The notes under the pieces: model-generated
Database searches by the model: none
What the model was told of the DNA's origin: nothing
The model's input: only the letters and a program-made list of their open reading frames with translations
Source of the DNA: Myxococcota bacterium
GTDB taxonomy: Bacteria > Myxococcota_A > UBA9160 > SZUA-336
NCBI GenBank assembly: GCA_965247115.1
Contig: CBDFGR010000003.1
Location: forward strand, 480,001 to 544,000
Length of the DNA: 64,000 bases
Reading direction: 5' to 3'
Translations under genes and position numbers: made by a program
Part shown: piece after piece, positions 17,501 to 26,430 of the stretch
Position numbering within the stretch: position 1 is the first letter of the stretch
Layout of the letters: the number at the start of each line of letters is the position of its first letter

Positions 17501-17955
17501 CCCGAGAGCTGGTTCACGACGCCCTCGAGGCGATAGACCTCCTCGAAGACGAGCTCCAGGTATGACTCCAGCAGCTCCCTGTACTCCTCCGGGTCAAGCT
17601 CCTCGGCAATCGCCGTAGAGCCCACGAGATCGCAGAACAGTACGGTTGCCCGCTTGCGCTCGCCCGCCACCGAGCCTGCCTGACGGATCTTCTCCGCCGC
17701 CGCCTGCGGGATGTGCCTGGCGAGCCGTAAGAAGCGCTCGCCTTCCGCGTCCGTCTCGCGCTGCGCAGGGCTCTCGACCGCTCCGGCAGCGGGATGCGGG
17801 AGGGAAACCGAGGTGCCGCAATCGGGGCAGAAGCGGTACTCCGGCTCCAGCGGCGCGCCACACCGGCCGCAGCCGCTCGACGCCCGGGCCCCACAGACGT
17901 GGCAGAAGCTCTTTCCCTCGATCAGATCCGTCTGGCAGCTGGAGCACCGCATCAC
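14548..17955 (-). CDS. Double zinc ribbon + class III adenylate/guanylate cyclase + AAA ATPase + TPR protein
   Basis: Four CxxC pairs; TVLFCDLVGST, GDG, RIGIHTG and YTAIGDTTNLAARL; Walker A GPAGSGKS; Walker B IVEDLHW; GNPLFLEE. Confidence 0.92.
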   Translation of the reverse strand: MMRCSSCQTDLIEGKSFCHVCGARASSGCGRCGAPLEPEYRFCPDCGTSVSLPHPAAGAVESPAQRETDAEGERFLRLARHIPQAAAEKIRQAGSVAGERKRATVLFCDLVGSTAIAEELDPEEYRELLESYLELVFEEVYRLEGVVNQLSGDGLMALFGAPISYENDSERAVRAAVAIQRALSLLEPRAGGIELRARIGIHTGMVVAGTVGNDLKMDYTAIGDTTNLAARLQTLAAPGSILVSDATHRVVRDAFHTRPLGPFDVKGKRDPIQAHEVLGLSEVLTPMSIARSEGLTPLVGRAEQLAQLDSCYQSSRGRLGQVVAVVGPAGSGKSRVIYEFKQQLQQDEVSLFEARCSSLTQGTPYSPWVSMIQRYFGIVPGEEAEETRRKIEKGLAGLGTYEEDVAPGLHAMLSLPDVEVGAEEYKLRSFAAVVGLVTRAAMRTPVLMIVEDLHWIDDASREMLELSLSKFEQGRSMLLVTHRPQYVPAWKSAAALTQLHLSPLSREEGAEIVRARAGGPLPIELEERVLAKGEGNPLFLEELTKTLVEDGTLVSSSGRVELTRPVEEIRIPDTVHELLEARLDRLSPSAKRVAQIASVFGRQFRRPQLSALASGENIDVDRELEELERLGIVHRKLGVDKDEFRFGESLTQEVAYGALLLRERRTLHRRVGELLEAADGEARVRLPLLAHHFARSDDRGKGTRLLLQAGAEAGALPSYGDAARLYREAWGLAEANLGESPDEDESLLRSVLHASAGVARVGLVYGREREEQLRAARRGIELAERLADREELANLLANRGLLVIDSRDGDFDEGLALVEQGLDVARRAGHEASAARISRSLGWALARDGRFEDARRESEAALLEVEKLYGKEGSSDAYLGALFFRDRVLFEADEFLTVEPRLRETYELARRHNNRTLQTGSAALLSFLEFAQDNSSEAGRWSELDLGIADQIENVAAARSMRAVRIAVRAESGERMAEAAELERIEESLRNGELPTNVDLIVEALLAAGELERARRVAEGSSARGGGRLREARGLLSLGAVALAGGPSGWGNAERCLNEALRSARNLGARFVQAKALLGRAKLAALRGEAEARDRDAAESAAMFRERGLGRYERQALSVLTAAGVCDGPPGLRTK

Positions 17956-18199
17956 CTCCAGACCTTGGTGCCGGAGTGGCCGGACGTCAACCGAGGTCGC
18001 TCTCGCCCACTCCCATCACCTGGCTGTACGCCAGGGCGGAGCGACCTCGAGCAGCGAGGCCTCTCCTGGCACGCCGATGCGCAGGGGAAAGCCGCAAAAG
18101 CTCGCACCGTCAGGTCCGCGGCACCGGCCGGCACGAAGCGGAAGCCACTCGGGTCGTGGAGCAGGAGGATGCGATAGGCTAGCCGGCTGGAGGCCATGC

Positions 18200-18652
18200 A
18201 TGAGAATCTTCGCGATCGCGTGTACCGCACTGTTCACGCTCAGCGCCTGCGGTCCCGTGGAGCAGGTGTCCGGCGGACGGCTCTTCGGAGAGAAAGTCAG
18301 AGCGCCGGTTTCTGACTGGAGCTTCACCGACGAGATCCTGACCATCGCAGTGGAGACCCGCCCGAGCTTCCCCCACTCCATCACCACCTGGTGCTTCACG
18401 TACGGAGGAGACCTCTACGTTCCCGCGGGCGACCCTGCCACGAAGAAGTGGCCGGAGCTCGTGCGCCAGAACCCCTCCGTTCGCCTCGCTATTGACGGAA
18501 AGATCTATGCCGGCCGGCTCGTGCAGCAGACGGATCGAGTGGAGCTCCGCAAGCTGCTCGAGCCCCTCGCAGCCAAGTACCACCTCGGCGACCTGTCGTC
18601 CGACCCTTCCCGGGACTTCGCTCTCTACCGCTTCGACTACCAGCCGAGCTAG
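18200..18652 (+). CDS. Lipoprotein, split-barrel/DUF2255-like
   Basis: GGAGG RBS; lipobox LSA-C; SITTW...LYV...W...V.L.IDGKIY pattern. Confidence 0.65.
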   Translation: MRIFAIACTALFTLSACGPVEQVSGGRLFGEKVRAPVSDWSFTDEILTIAVETRPSFPHSITTWCFTYGGDLYVPAGDPATKKWPELVRQNPSVRLAIDGKIYAGRLVQQTDRVELRKLLEPLAAKYHLGDLSSDPSRDFALYRFDYQPS

Positions 18653-18782
18653 ACGCTAACTGCGCGTTTTTGTTTCTCTATCCAAGGCCGCGAATCTCAG
18701 CGGACCGCGGGGCGTCTAACGCACGTGTCGGGTCCTGCTCGTGGAGACACGGGCGGTTGCACCGGACGCTCACCGCAAGCCG

Positions 18783-19724
18783 ATGAGACGTACACACCTC
18801 TCCATTCTCAGAGGGCTCAGTGCCGGAGTCGTCGCCGGAGCGTTGGCCGCATGCGGCACGTTCAGCAACCCCGAGTCCGAGCCCATTCAGGTCAACAGCC
18901 AGCGCCTGGTCGACCACAGAACCAGCCTGGCCGGAAAGGTGGCGTCTATCTCGGGCTATCTCGTGGCCGCTGACACGATCGCGGATCGGATCTGCCTCAG
19001 GGTACTCGTCGACGAGACGCTGCGCGCGGCGCCCATGCTGCTGATCGAGCGCAGGAGACGGGAGGCCGATGTCGGTCAGACATGGTCGCTCGCAGAGGCC
19101 TACACTGGTGAGCGTCACCGTGAGCTGCGCGTAGAGATGGAAACGGACAGCAACGCGGAGCTGGCAATCGCTTCCGCGGATCCGCTCGTACGGCAGGGCA
19201 TCCAGATCGATCTGCGCACGGAGCTGTTGCGTGCGGATGCAGCCAGTCTCGGAGCCGGGGCGCCTCGCCCGAACCGAGCAGTGGTCATTCAGGCCTGCAA
19301 GCTCCCACCCACAGATGGAAATGAACGCGCCATCCAGCACGCACTCGAGTGGCTGGCGCCTCTCAAGAAGCCAGAGCGCGTCGAGAACGCGCCCGACATA
19401 GCTTCGCTCAGGCGCGAGCTGCAGCTGTTCTACGTGGAGCGTTCAGGAACGTACGACTGGACGCCGCTCGCCGGCGAAGAGGTGGTGGTGACGGGCACCC
19501 TGGTCGACGGAGAAACCGCTTCCGAAGACGAGATCCTGGCCGGTATCGACCTGGTCCCCTCGCTGGTCGGCATCCACGACCCGCAGCGTGGGCGCTGGCT
19601 AGTGATCGACCTGAATTTTGACGACAGCATCGCGAAAGAGCTGACCGTTGGTGTGTTCCGCTCGCACCTTCCCAGGCTCTTCAAGGGCACAACCAAGGCT
19701 GCGTTGAAGACGCTGACTCCATGA
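18783..19724 (+). CDS. Hypothetical lipoprotein
   Basis: MRRTH...GALAA-C lipobox; stop overlaps the next ATG (ATGA). Confidence 0.7.
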   Translation: MRRTHLSILRGLSAGVVAGALAACGTFSNPESEPIQVNSQRLVDHRTSLAGKVASISGYLVAADTIADRICLRVLVDETLRAAPMLLIERRRREADVGQTWSLAEAYTGERHRELRVEMETDSNAELAIASADPLVRQGIQIDLRTELLRADAASLGAGAPRPNRAVVIQACKLPPTDGNERAIQHALEWLAPLKKPERVENAPDIASLRRELQLFYVERSGTYDWTPLAGEEVVVTGTLVDGETASEDEILAGIDLVPSLVGIHDPQRGRWLVIDLNFDDSIAKELTVGVFRSHLPRLFKGTTKAALKTLTP

Positions 19725-20053
19725 GCAGGGGCGTCGAGCTCTACTCGGGGGCGTGGGTGCCGGGAAAGCGTCCGGCGACTCAGCTCGGACCGCTCGAGGC
19801 CGACGTGTTCGTCTCGGACGAGCCCATCGCTTCGCGGGAGCAGAGGATGGAGCGAGCGGAAGCGCGCGTCTTCGAGGACCTCCGCGAGCGTGCCGCGGAG
19901 CTCGACGCCAACGCCGTCACGTCCATCGAGCTCTCGGTGGACCTCTTCGCGAGCGAGGCAGGACGGAGGGGTACGTGGCTACGAGCCACCGGGACGGCGG
20001 CGAGGCTCGACCCCTGCGGGCGCCGCAGGCAGCTCGTCGCGGAGAGGAGCTAG
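19721..20053 (+). CDS. YbjQ/heavy-metal-binding domain family protein
   Basis: LRERAAELDANAV...ATGTA signature. Confidence 0.7.
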   Translation: MSRGVELYSGAWVPGKRPATQLGPLEADVFVSDEPIASREQRMERAEARVFEDLRERAAELDANAVTSIELSVDLFASEAGRRGTWLRATGTAARLDPCGRRRQLVAERS

Positions 20054-21345
20054 CCGGGCTGCTGCAGTAGAAACAGGCTCAGTGCGGGCCAGTACGTGAA
20101 TACGAGCACGAGCCCCAGCAGCAGTACGAAGAACGGGATGGTCGCTCGGTACACCTCGACGACGGGTCGCTCGAAGCGATAGCTCGAGATGAACAGGTTC
20201 ATCCCCACCGGCGGAGTGATGTAGCCGATCTGCATGTTCGCGAGGAACACGATGCCCAGGTGGACCGGGTGAATGCCGTATCCGATCGCAATCGGGAGAA
20301 TGATGGGAACGATGATCACGATCGCGGAGAAGATGTCGAGCATCATGCCGAGGGCGAGCAGAAAGCAGTTCAGCAGGATGAGAAACGTCCACTTGTCTGT
20401 GACCTGGCCGCGGATCAGCTCGAAGAGTCGCAGCGGGACCTCAGTGTCGATCATGTAGCTGGTCGACGCGAGGGAGACCGAAAGGATGATCAGAATGCCG
20501 CCCACCAGAACCATGGACTCCCGCGTCACCTCGAGCAGCTTCTGCAACGAGATCTCGCGCCGAATCAGGACCTCAACGACCAGCGTGTATAGCGCGGTGA
20601 CCGCGGCCGCCTCGGACAGAGCGAGGTAGCCGCCGTAGATCCCACCGAGAACGACGAACGGCAACGGCAGCTCCCAGCCGGAATCGCGCAAGGCCTCGCG
20701 CGTCTCGCGCCAGGTGTGCGAGGCGCTCGGTAGCGCGTCTCGAGGCACCTTGCCCTGGAACACGCTCCAGAGCGAGAGCACCAGCAGCATGGCGAGGCCC
20801 GGCAGGAGGCCGGCCCGGAAGAGATCGTCGATCCGCACGGGCTGGCCGAGGCTGAGCTGCTGCGCGACGACACCGTAGAGGATCAGCGGAAGGGCCGGCG
20901 CGAAGAGCAGGCCTAGGCTTCCTGAGGTGGTGATGAGGCCGAGGCTGAAGCGTTCCGCATAGCCCGCCTGCCTGAGCGCCGGGTACAGGACGCCCCCGAG
21001 CGCCACGATCGTCACTCCCGACGCCCCTGTAAACGCCGTGAAGAGAGCGCAGGTAACCAGCGACACCACGGCGAGCCCGCCCCGGAGCCAGCCGAGCAGG
21101 GAGTTCGTCAACCGAACCAGGCGCCGCGGTGCACCGCTCTCGCCGAGGATGTAGCCCGCGAAGGTGAAGAGTGGAATCGCCAAAAGAACCGGGACATCCG
21201 TGATGCTGTAGAGATTGATCGCGACGACCGCGAGATCGATGCCCTCGCGCCAGAACCCGATCAGCGCGCCGGCAGCAATGATCGCGTAGAGCGGCGCCCC
21301 CAGAAGCGCGAGGACCAGCAGCGCCGCGGTGACGAGAAGCGTCAA
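20050..21345 (-). CDS. dctM: TRAP transporter large permease
   Basis: LAIPLF, TGASG, GIHPVHLG and ITPPVGMNLF motifs; about 12 TM segments. Confidence 0.95.
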   Translation of the reverse strand: MTLLVTAALLVLALLGAPLYAIIAAGALIGFWREGIDLAVVAINLYSITDVPVLLAIPLFTFAGYILGESGAPRRLVRLTNSLLGWLRGGLAVVSLVTCALFTAFTGASGVTIVALGGVLYPALRQAGYAERFSLGLITTSGSLGLLFAPALPLILYGVVAQQLSLGQPVRIDDLFRAGLLPGLAMLLVLSLWSVFQGKVPRDALPSASHTWRETREALRDSGWELPLPFVVLGGIYGGYLALSEAAAVTALYTLVVEVLIRREISLQKLLEVTRESMVLVGGILIILSVSLASTSYMIDTEVPLRLFELIRGQVTDKWTFLILLNCFLLALGMMLDIFSAIVIIVPIILPIAIGYGIHPVHLGIVFLANMQIGYITPPVGMNLFISSYRFERPVVEVYRATIPFFVLLLGLVLVFTYWPALSLFLLQQPG

Positions 21346-21854
21346 GAGGGCGACTGCGGGGAGACCAGCGCGCGGATGTAGAGCGCCGACGAGATCAGCG
21401 CGCGTAGCGCGATCACAAAGAAGGCCAGCGGAAGGATCAGCTCGAACGGCCAGGCGGGGAAGCGAGCGAACGCGCTGACCTGCGCCTCGTAATCCAGCGC
21501 TACGAAGCGGACCGAGTGGTAGGCAACCACTGCGGCCACCGCGGCGGCGAACAGGTTCGTACAGGCTCGCGCCAGCAACAGGCGCACCGGAGATAGCGCC
21601 CCGGACAACACGTCTACGCTGATGTGACGGTCGTCGCGGCTCGCCGCCATGGCACCGAGCAGCCCGACCCAGAGCACGAGGACTCGGAGCAGCGGGTCAC
21701 CCCACGCTATGCCCGAGTCAAAGAAGTTGCGCAGGACGATCTGGACCGACGCCAGCAGGACCAGAACTCCCACGAACGCGACCAGCACGGCGTCTTCGAG
21801 GCGCCGCAGCGCTCGGAGGAAGAGCCCGAGTCGCCCCGCTCCGCCAGCGGCCAT
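21342..21854 (-). CDS. dctQ: TRAP transporter small permease
   Basis: QIVLRN...W..LLGA...HISVD; 4 TM segments; start overlaps the dctP stop. Confidence 0.9.
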   Translation of the reverse strand: MAAGGAGRLGLFLRALRRLEDAVLVAFVGVLVLLASVQIVLRNFFDSGIAWGDPLLRVLVLWVGLLGAMAASRDDRHISVDVLSGALSPVRLLLARACTNLFAAAVAAVVAYHSVRFVALDYEAQVSAFARFPAWPFELILPLAFFVIALRALISSALYIRALVSPQSPS

Positions 21855-22873
21855 CACTCGCTCGGGGACGGCGAACGGTTGCGATAGGTTTCGAGATGTC
21901 CCTGAAGCTCCTCGATCATCTCGTCGGAGTAGTAGGCCTCGGCGCGTACCCTGGCCAGCGCTGCATCCGCCACGTCTTGCCAGCGCTTCAGCTCGTCGGG
22001 AGAGCCGGCGACGAACTCGATCCCCTGGCTTCTGAGGGCACGCTTCGCGCCCTCGTCGCTCGTACGATTCCGCTCGTCCAGGCGCATGCCGGAGCGCTGC
22101 GTCACTTCCTGGAGGATGGCCTGGTCGGCTTCGCTGAGCTTCGCGAAGGCCCTGCCATCGACGGCGAGCACGCCAGACAGGTACATCAATGGAACATCGG
22201 TCAGGTAGCGCACCCGGGTGTGCCATTGGAAGGCAATGCAGGCGCCTGGCGAGGCCGCCACCGTGTCGATGAGTCCCGTCTGCAGGCCCGTGTACACATC
22301 CGCAAGGGGAAGCGGGACTGGAGAGACTCCCGCGAGGTCGAGCGCGATCTGGCTGAGCCGATCATCCTCGAGCACCCAGACCCGCGCTCCGGGCAGATCG
22401 TCGAGGGTCTGGACCGGCTTGTTGGAGAGCAGATACGCGAAGCCTCCCTCGCTGATGGCGAGGGCTACCATGCCCGCACTCCGCAGCCCCGCCTGGATCC
22501 GGTGATCCATGCGGGCGCGGACGTAGTCGACCTCTTCGTAGGAGTGGAAGAGGAATGGCAGCCCGTAGATCTCCGTGTCGCGATACAGGTCGGTCAAGCT
22601 GCTGCTGGTAAAGGCACCGCCGTGCAGCTGCCCGATGCGGATCTTCCTCAGCACCGCCTTCTCCGTCCCCATCACGCCACCGGGGTAGAACTTGAGCTTG
22701 ACCCGACCCTCCGTCCGCTGCTCGATCTCGCTGGCCGCGCCGCGCATCTCCTTCATCCACGTGCTGCCCTCCGGGACGACGGTCGCGATCTTTAGGGTTG
22801 CAGCGCGACTCTCTCCGGAGAAGCCCAGCAGCGCGCCAAGCAGCGCCAGGGTCAGCGGTGTCCGAAGCCCCAT
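21854..22873 (-). CDS. dctP: TRAP substrate-binding protein (TatP/DctP)
   Basis: Signal peptide; LKIATVVPEGS.W, FYPGGVMG.E and VYTGLQTGLID motifs. Confidence 0.93.
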   Translation of the reverse strand: MGLRTPLTLALLGALLGFSGESRAATLKIATVVPEGSTWMKEMRGAASEIEQRTEGRVKLKFYPGGVMGTEKAVLRKIRIGQLHGGAFTSSSLTDLYRDTEIYGLPFLFHSYEEVDYVRARMDHRIQAGLRSAGMVALAISEGGFAYLLSNKPVQTLDDLPGARVWVLEDDRLSQIALDLAGVSPVPLPLADVYTGLQTGLIDTVAASPGACIAFQWHTRVRYLTDVPLMYLSGVLAVDGRAFAKLSEADQAILQEVTQRSGMRLDERNRTSDEGAKRALRSQGIEFVAGSPDELKRWQDVADAALARVRAEAYYSDEMIEELQGHLETYRNRSPSPSE

Positions 22874-22882
22874 CGTGATTCC

Positions 22883-23737
22883 TTAGAAGTAGTCGTCGGC
22901 GTCCTGGAGGAGCTCGCGCGCCTGCTCCTGAGCGATGGTATTGCTCAGCGTCAGATCTCTTGCCACGGGATCGGCGGCGAGCACCTGGTTCAGGAGAGCG
23001 TCGTGCAGCTCCCGGTCGAATACGAGCATGGCGTACTTCTGCGCAAAGAGCACCTTGGCCATCAGGTTCCGATCCCGCGACAGCTCGATCGCCCGCTCGA
23101 AGTGCCGCCGCCCTACCTCGGGCTCGCCTCCCAGCGCGGAAGGGAGGAGGGTCGCCAGCACCCCGAGGTAGAGATAGGCGCTTCCGTTCTCGTAGCCAGG
23201 CTCGAGCTCCACAACCCGCTGCAGCGACGCCTCGATCTTCGGAACCTCGGCCACCGCGGCCCAGTCGTCCGAATTCGCCTGGACCCAGCCTGCCCAGGAG
23301 ACGGCGAAGCCGTAGAGCGCGGGGACATCGGAGCGGCGCAGCTCCGCCAGCCCGGGCTCGAACTCGCGGAAGGGTAGGTCGATGCGTGCGCACAGGTCCG
23401 AGCGACGCACACACAGCGCGCGGCGCCCATATCCCCTGCTTCGATCGGCCAGGCGCAGCGCGCGGGTCTCGTCGTCGACGAAGGCGGAGGCGTAGGCACC
23501 GTAGAGACTGGCGCCGGCAAGTAGCAGGTCCTGGTTGTCCGGCTCAGCATCGATCAGGCCGTCGATCAACAGGAGGTACGCCGGGGCGCCGTCTCGAACC
23601 GTAGCAACGTCGGTCTGATTCAGAATCGCGCGGGAGACGCTGTCCGCCAGACCAGAGGTGGCCGAGCTCGCGAGGGCCGCACAGCCCGTCAGCGCGACGA
23701 GGGGAAGCAACTTGGCGACACGAGCAATCGCGCTCAA
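22883..23737 (-). CDS. TRAP-associated TatT lipoprotein
   Basis: Lipobox LTG-C; helical body with LGG.PE....HFERAIE; lies directly upstream of dctP. Start is TTG 23737 or GTG 23794. Confidence 0.88.
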   Translation of the reverse strand: MSAIARVAKLLPLVALTGCAALASSATSGLADSVSRAILNQTDVATVRDGAPAYLLLIDGLIDAEPDNQDLLLAGASLYGAYASAFVDDETRALRLADRSRGYGRRALCVRRSDLCARIDLPFREFEPGLAELRRSDVPALYGFAVSWAGWVQANSDDWAAVAEVPKIEASLQRVVELEPGYENGSAYLYLGVLATLLPSALGGEPEVGRRHFERAIELSRDRNLMAKVLFAQKYAMLVFDRELHDALLNQVLAADPVARDLTLSNTIAQEQARELLQDADDYF

Positions 23738-23841
23738 GCGCGCTGCGGAGGAGGCGCTGCTCTGGAGATCGACGCTTCCATGCTCCGCGCGCACCTTATC
23801 ATCTCGATCGATCCCCCCGAGTACCGGACACCCGCGCGGCA

Positions 23842-24252
23842 CTACTCGGTCGGCAGCTCGCCCGCCCGCCAGCTTCTCATGTGACCCTGGAGGTCGCCGA
23901 GCTCGCGGAAGCCCGCAGTCTTCAGGCTCTCTTCCGCGATCCCGGCGCGCCGACCGGACTCGCAGTACGTGATCACGCCGCGGTCCCGAAACTCCGCGAT
24001 CTCCTCCGTGCGCCTCGGGAGCTCGTCGAAGGGAATGTTCACGGCCCCTGGCAGGTGGCCGGACGCGTACTCGCCCGGACTGCGCACGTCGAGCAGCAAA
24101 GGCCCCTCTCGCGAGCCGTCCTCCTCGATGAGGGCGAGCACTTCCTCCTGCGTATATTCGCGTACCGCTTCGTTCGCTGGGCTGCAGCAGAGGAGCACAC
24201 CAACGAGCAGCGTCACTCCGAGACTCGGCACCTTCCCCCCCGCCTCCGTCAC
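23842..24252 (-). CDS. Rhodanese-like domain protein, exported
   Basis: LLDVRSPGEYASGHLPGAVNIP; active loop CESGRRA. Confidence 0.92.
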   Translation of the reverse strand: MTEAGGKVPSLGVTLLVGVLLCCSPANEAVREYTQEEVLALIEEDGSREGPLLLDVRSPGEYASGHLPGAVNIPFDELPRRTEEIAEFRDRGVITYCESGRRAGIAEESLKTAGFRELGDLQGHMRSWRAGELPTE

Positions 24253-24506
24253 TGCTCAGTGGCAGCGGCAGTCTGGCCGCGCTCGTCGACCCAGCCGCGC
24301 GTCTCCATACACCGGTGAAGCGCGGCCTGGGTTGCCCTTTGCGCGCTTCGCTCCATTCCGCTGCGCGCCGCTTCGGAATCGCCGATTCCATTGGCGTAGC
24401 GGATGCATATTCTCCGATCTCGGTTGAGCTCCTCGGGAGTCGCACCCGCCCTCGTCCAGCTCGTGCTGACGCATGCGCCGAACGCGAGTGTGACAATGAT
24501 CGCCAT
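24249..24506 (-). CDS. Small hypothetical lipoprotein (start uncertain)
   Basis: FGA-C, then W..G..D...C and C M..RGW, a common small-lipoprotein pattern; stop overlaps the rhodanese start. Confidence 0.65.
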   Translation of the reverse strand: MAIIVTLAFGACVSTSWTRAGATPEELNRDRRICIRYANGIGDSEAARSGMERSAQRATQAALHRCMETRGWVDERGQTAAATEQ

Positions 24507-24617
24507 GAGAGCTCCGCGGCGGGCCGATGAGCACTGCACCAGGCGCCACCGTATCGCCAGCAGGAGGGAGATGCCAGGCGCTGTAACCGACCCGGTCCCG
24601 ATCTCGTAGGACTCTCG

Positions 24618-25562
24618 ATGGCTCACTTGCGCGGTGGAACCCGAACCGCCCTGATCTCGGGCGCCCTTGCGCTCGTGCTTTGCTCGGCTGCGAGCGCAGA
24701 GCCGCACCGCAACGGCTTTGATCTCGCGTCGTCCAGCGTTCCCGTATACGAGATCTTGAACGGCGGTCCGCCCCGCGACGGGATCCCGGCGCTCACTCTT
24801 CCCCCGCTGGTCTCGGCCGCAGAGGCGCCCTGGCGGGATGAAGATCGAGTCATCGGCGTCACACTCGACGGCGAGAGTCGGGCCTACCCCATCGCCATGC
24901 TCGACTGGCACGAGCTGGTGAACGATCGCCTGGGGAGCCGCCACATCCTGGTCTCGTACTGCCCCTTGTGCGGGACCGGAATGGTCTTCGATCGGGAGAT
25001 TGGCGGTCGGATTCGGATCTTCGGCGTGTCCGGGTTGCTCTACCAGTCGGACGTGCTCCTCTACGACCGCCGCAGCGAGAGCCTCTGGTCTCAGATCGCT
25101 TCCGAGGCGATCACGGGACCGGAGCGCGGAAAGCGACTCGAGCTCCTGCGCTCCGCGCAGATTCCCTGGGGCGAGTGGCGAGAGCGACACCCCGACACGA
25201 CGGCGCTGTCAGACGCCATTGGATACCGTCGCGACTACCGCAAGACGCCGTACGCCGGCTACTCGACCTCCTCGCGACTGTTATTCCCCGCTCCGGTCGA
25301 CCCCCGCTACCCCCCGAAGACCCCGACACTGGGCCTGCGCACCGCGGATGGGTCTGCGCGCGCGTATCCGGCTCCCGAGCTCGCCGCCAGCGGGAGCAGA
25401 GTCGTGGAGAGCTTCGAGGGTCGGCGCATCGAGGTCTCGTACGACCAGGTCAGTCGAGCGTTCGAGGTGGACGCACCTCCCGAGATTGAAGTGATCGAAG
25501 GGTACTGGTTCGCCTGGACCGCGTTTCACCCGGAGTCAACGGTCTACAGGGCAAGCAGATAG
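24618..25562 (+). CDS. DUF3179 family secreted protein
   Basis: GGPPRDGIPAL, RAYP, HELVND, SYCPLCGTG, FGVSGLLY, ESLWSQ and YWFAW..FHP motifs. Confidence 0.9.
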   Translation: MAHLRGGTRTALISGALALVLCSAASAEPHRNGFDLASSSVPVYEILNGGPPRDGIPALTLPPLVSAAEAPWRDEDRVIGVTLDGESRAYPIAMLDWHELVNDRLGSRHILVSYCPLCGTGMVFDREIGGRIRIFGVSGLLYQSDVLLYDRRSESLWSQIASEAITGPERGKRLELLRSAQIPWGEWRERHPDTTALSDAIGYRRDYRKTPYAGYSTSSRLLFPAPVDPRYPPKTPTLGLRTADGSARAYPAPELAASGSRVVESFEGRRIEVSYDQVSRAFEVDAPPEIEVIEGYWFAWTAFHPESTVYRASR

Positions 25563-25606
25563 CCGGATCCGCGTCCCGTGCGGCGGATCTCGGCCGGAGG
25601 AAAACG

Positions 25607-26392
25607 ATGACGGATCGTTCCTGGAAGAAGAAGCTGAGCTGGGGGTTGGCGCTGGCGGGGCTCGTTCTTCTCGGCGCCTGGGGAGTGGGCGCGCGGACCG
25701 GGCTTCTGAGAGCACCGGAGACCCTCAATCCGTGCGCTGCAGGGACGATCAACCCCTGCGTGGCAAAGACCCTCAATCCTTGCGCCGCGAAGACGCTCAA
25801 TCCCTGCGCCGCCAAGACCCTCAACCCTTGCGCGGCCAAGACCCTGAACCCGTGTGCCGCAAAAACGCTGAACCCCTGTATGGCGAAGACTCTGAATCCC
25901 TGCGCGATGAAGGCGGCGAATCCGTGCAACCCCTGCGGCGGTGCGATGGTCGACGCAGCCCGCTTCAAGCAGCCTGCCGGAATGACACTCGCTCGGGGGT
26001 CGAAGGCGCATCTGGTCGCCCGGGGCGAGGAGCTGTGGAACGATCGCACGCTCGGCAAGTCCGGCCTGGCCTGCGCAAACTGCCACGTCAACAACTACCT
26101 GCAGATGCAGTCGAGCTTCGCCGAACCGTACCCGCACTACGTCGCCATGGCGGCCCAGCAAGGAGGGGTCGACGAGGTCAGCGCCGCGGAGATGGTGCAG
26201 TTCTGCATGCTGGTGCCCATGGCAACGGACCCGCTACCGTGGAACTCCGAGGAGCTCGCCTCCCTGGCCGCGTGGGTGGAGAACATCCAGCCGGGCTACG
26301 TACCGCTGGCAGAGACGATGACCAACCCGTGCAATCCGTGCGGCGCCGGCAAGAACCCGTGCAGCCCCCGGAGCAATCCCTGTAGCCGCTGA
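25607..26392 (+). CDS. Exported monoheme c-type cytochrome with NPC repeats
   Basis: GGAGG RBS; N-terminal hydrophobic signal; one CANCH heme motif; 14 NPC motifs. Confidence 0.85.
   Translation: MTDRSWKKKLSWGLALAGLVLLGAWGVGARTGLLRAPETLNPCAAGTINPCVAKTLNPCAAKTLNPCAAKTLNPCAAKTLNPCAAKTLNPCMAKTLNPCAMKAANPCNPCGGAMVDAARFKQPAGMTLARGSKAHLVARGEELWNDRTLGKSGLACANCHVNNYLQMQSSFAEPYPHYVAMAAQQGGVDEVSAAEMVQFCMLVPMATDPLPWNSEELASLAAWVENIQPGYVPLAETMTNPCNPCGAGKNPCSPRSNPCSR
25721..25912 (+). repeat. Eight 24-bp coding tandem repeats (T-L/I-N-P-C-x-x-K/G)
   Basis: TLNPCAAG TINPCVAK TLNPCAAK x4 TLNPCMAK TLNPCAMK; synonymous positions differ between units. Confidence 0.95.
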
Positions 26393-26430
26393 GCAGCGCC
26401 AGGAACCCGACGCCGCGGCCGCCGTGTATA

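Noticed and set aside
18653..18677. Possible intrinsic terminator after the lipoprotein gene
   Set aside because: A U-rich tract is present but the stem is only about 4 bp, too weak to call.
24958..24975. Selenocysteine in the DUF3179 CxxC motif
   Set aside because: Both positions are Cys codons (TGC); there is no in-frame TGA.
25721..25912. Possible CRISPR array
   Set aside because: The units are contiguous 24-bp in-frame coding repeats without unique spacers, and there are no cas genes.
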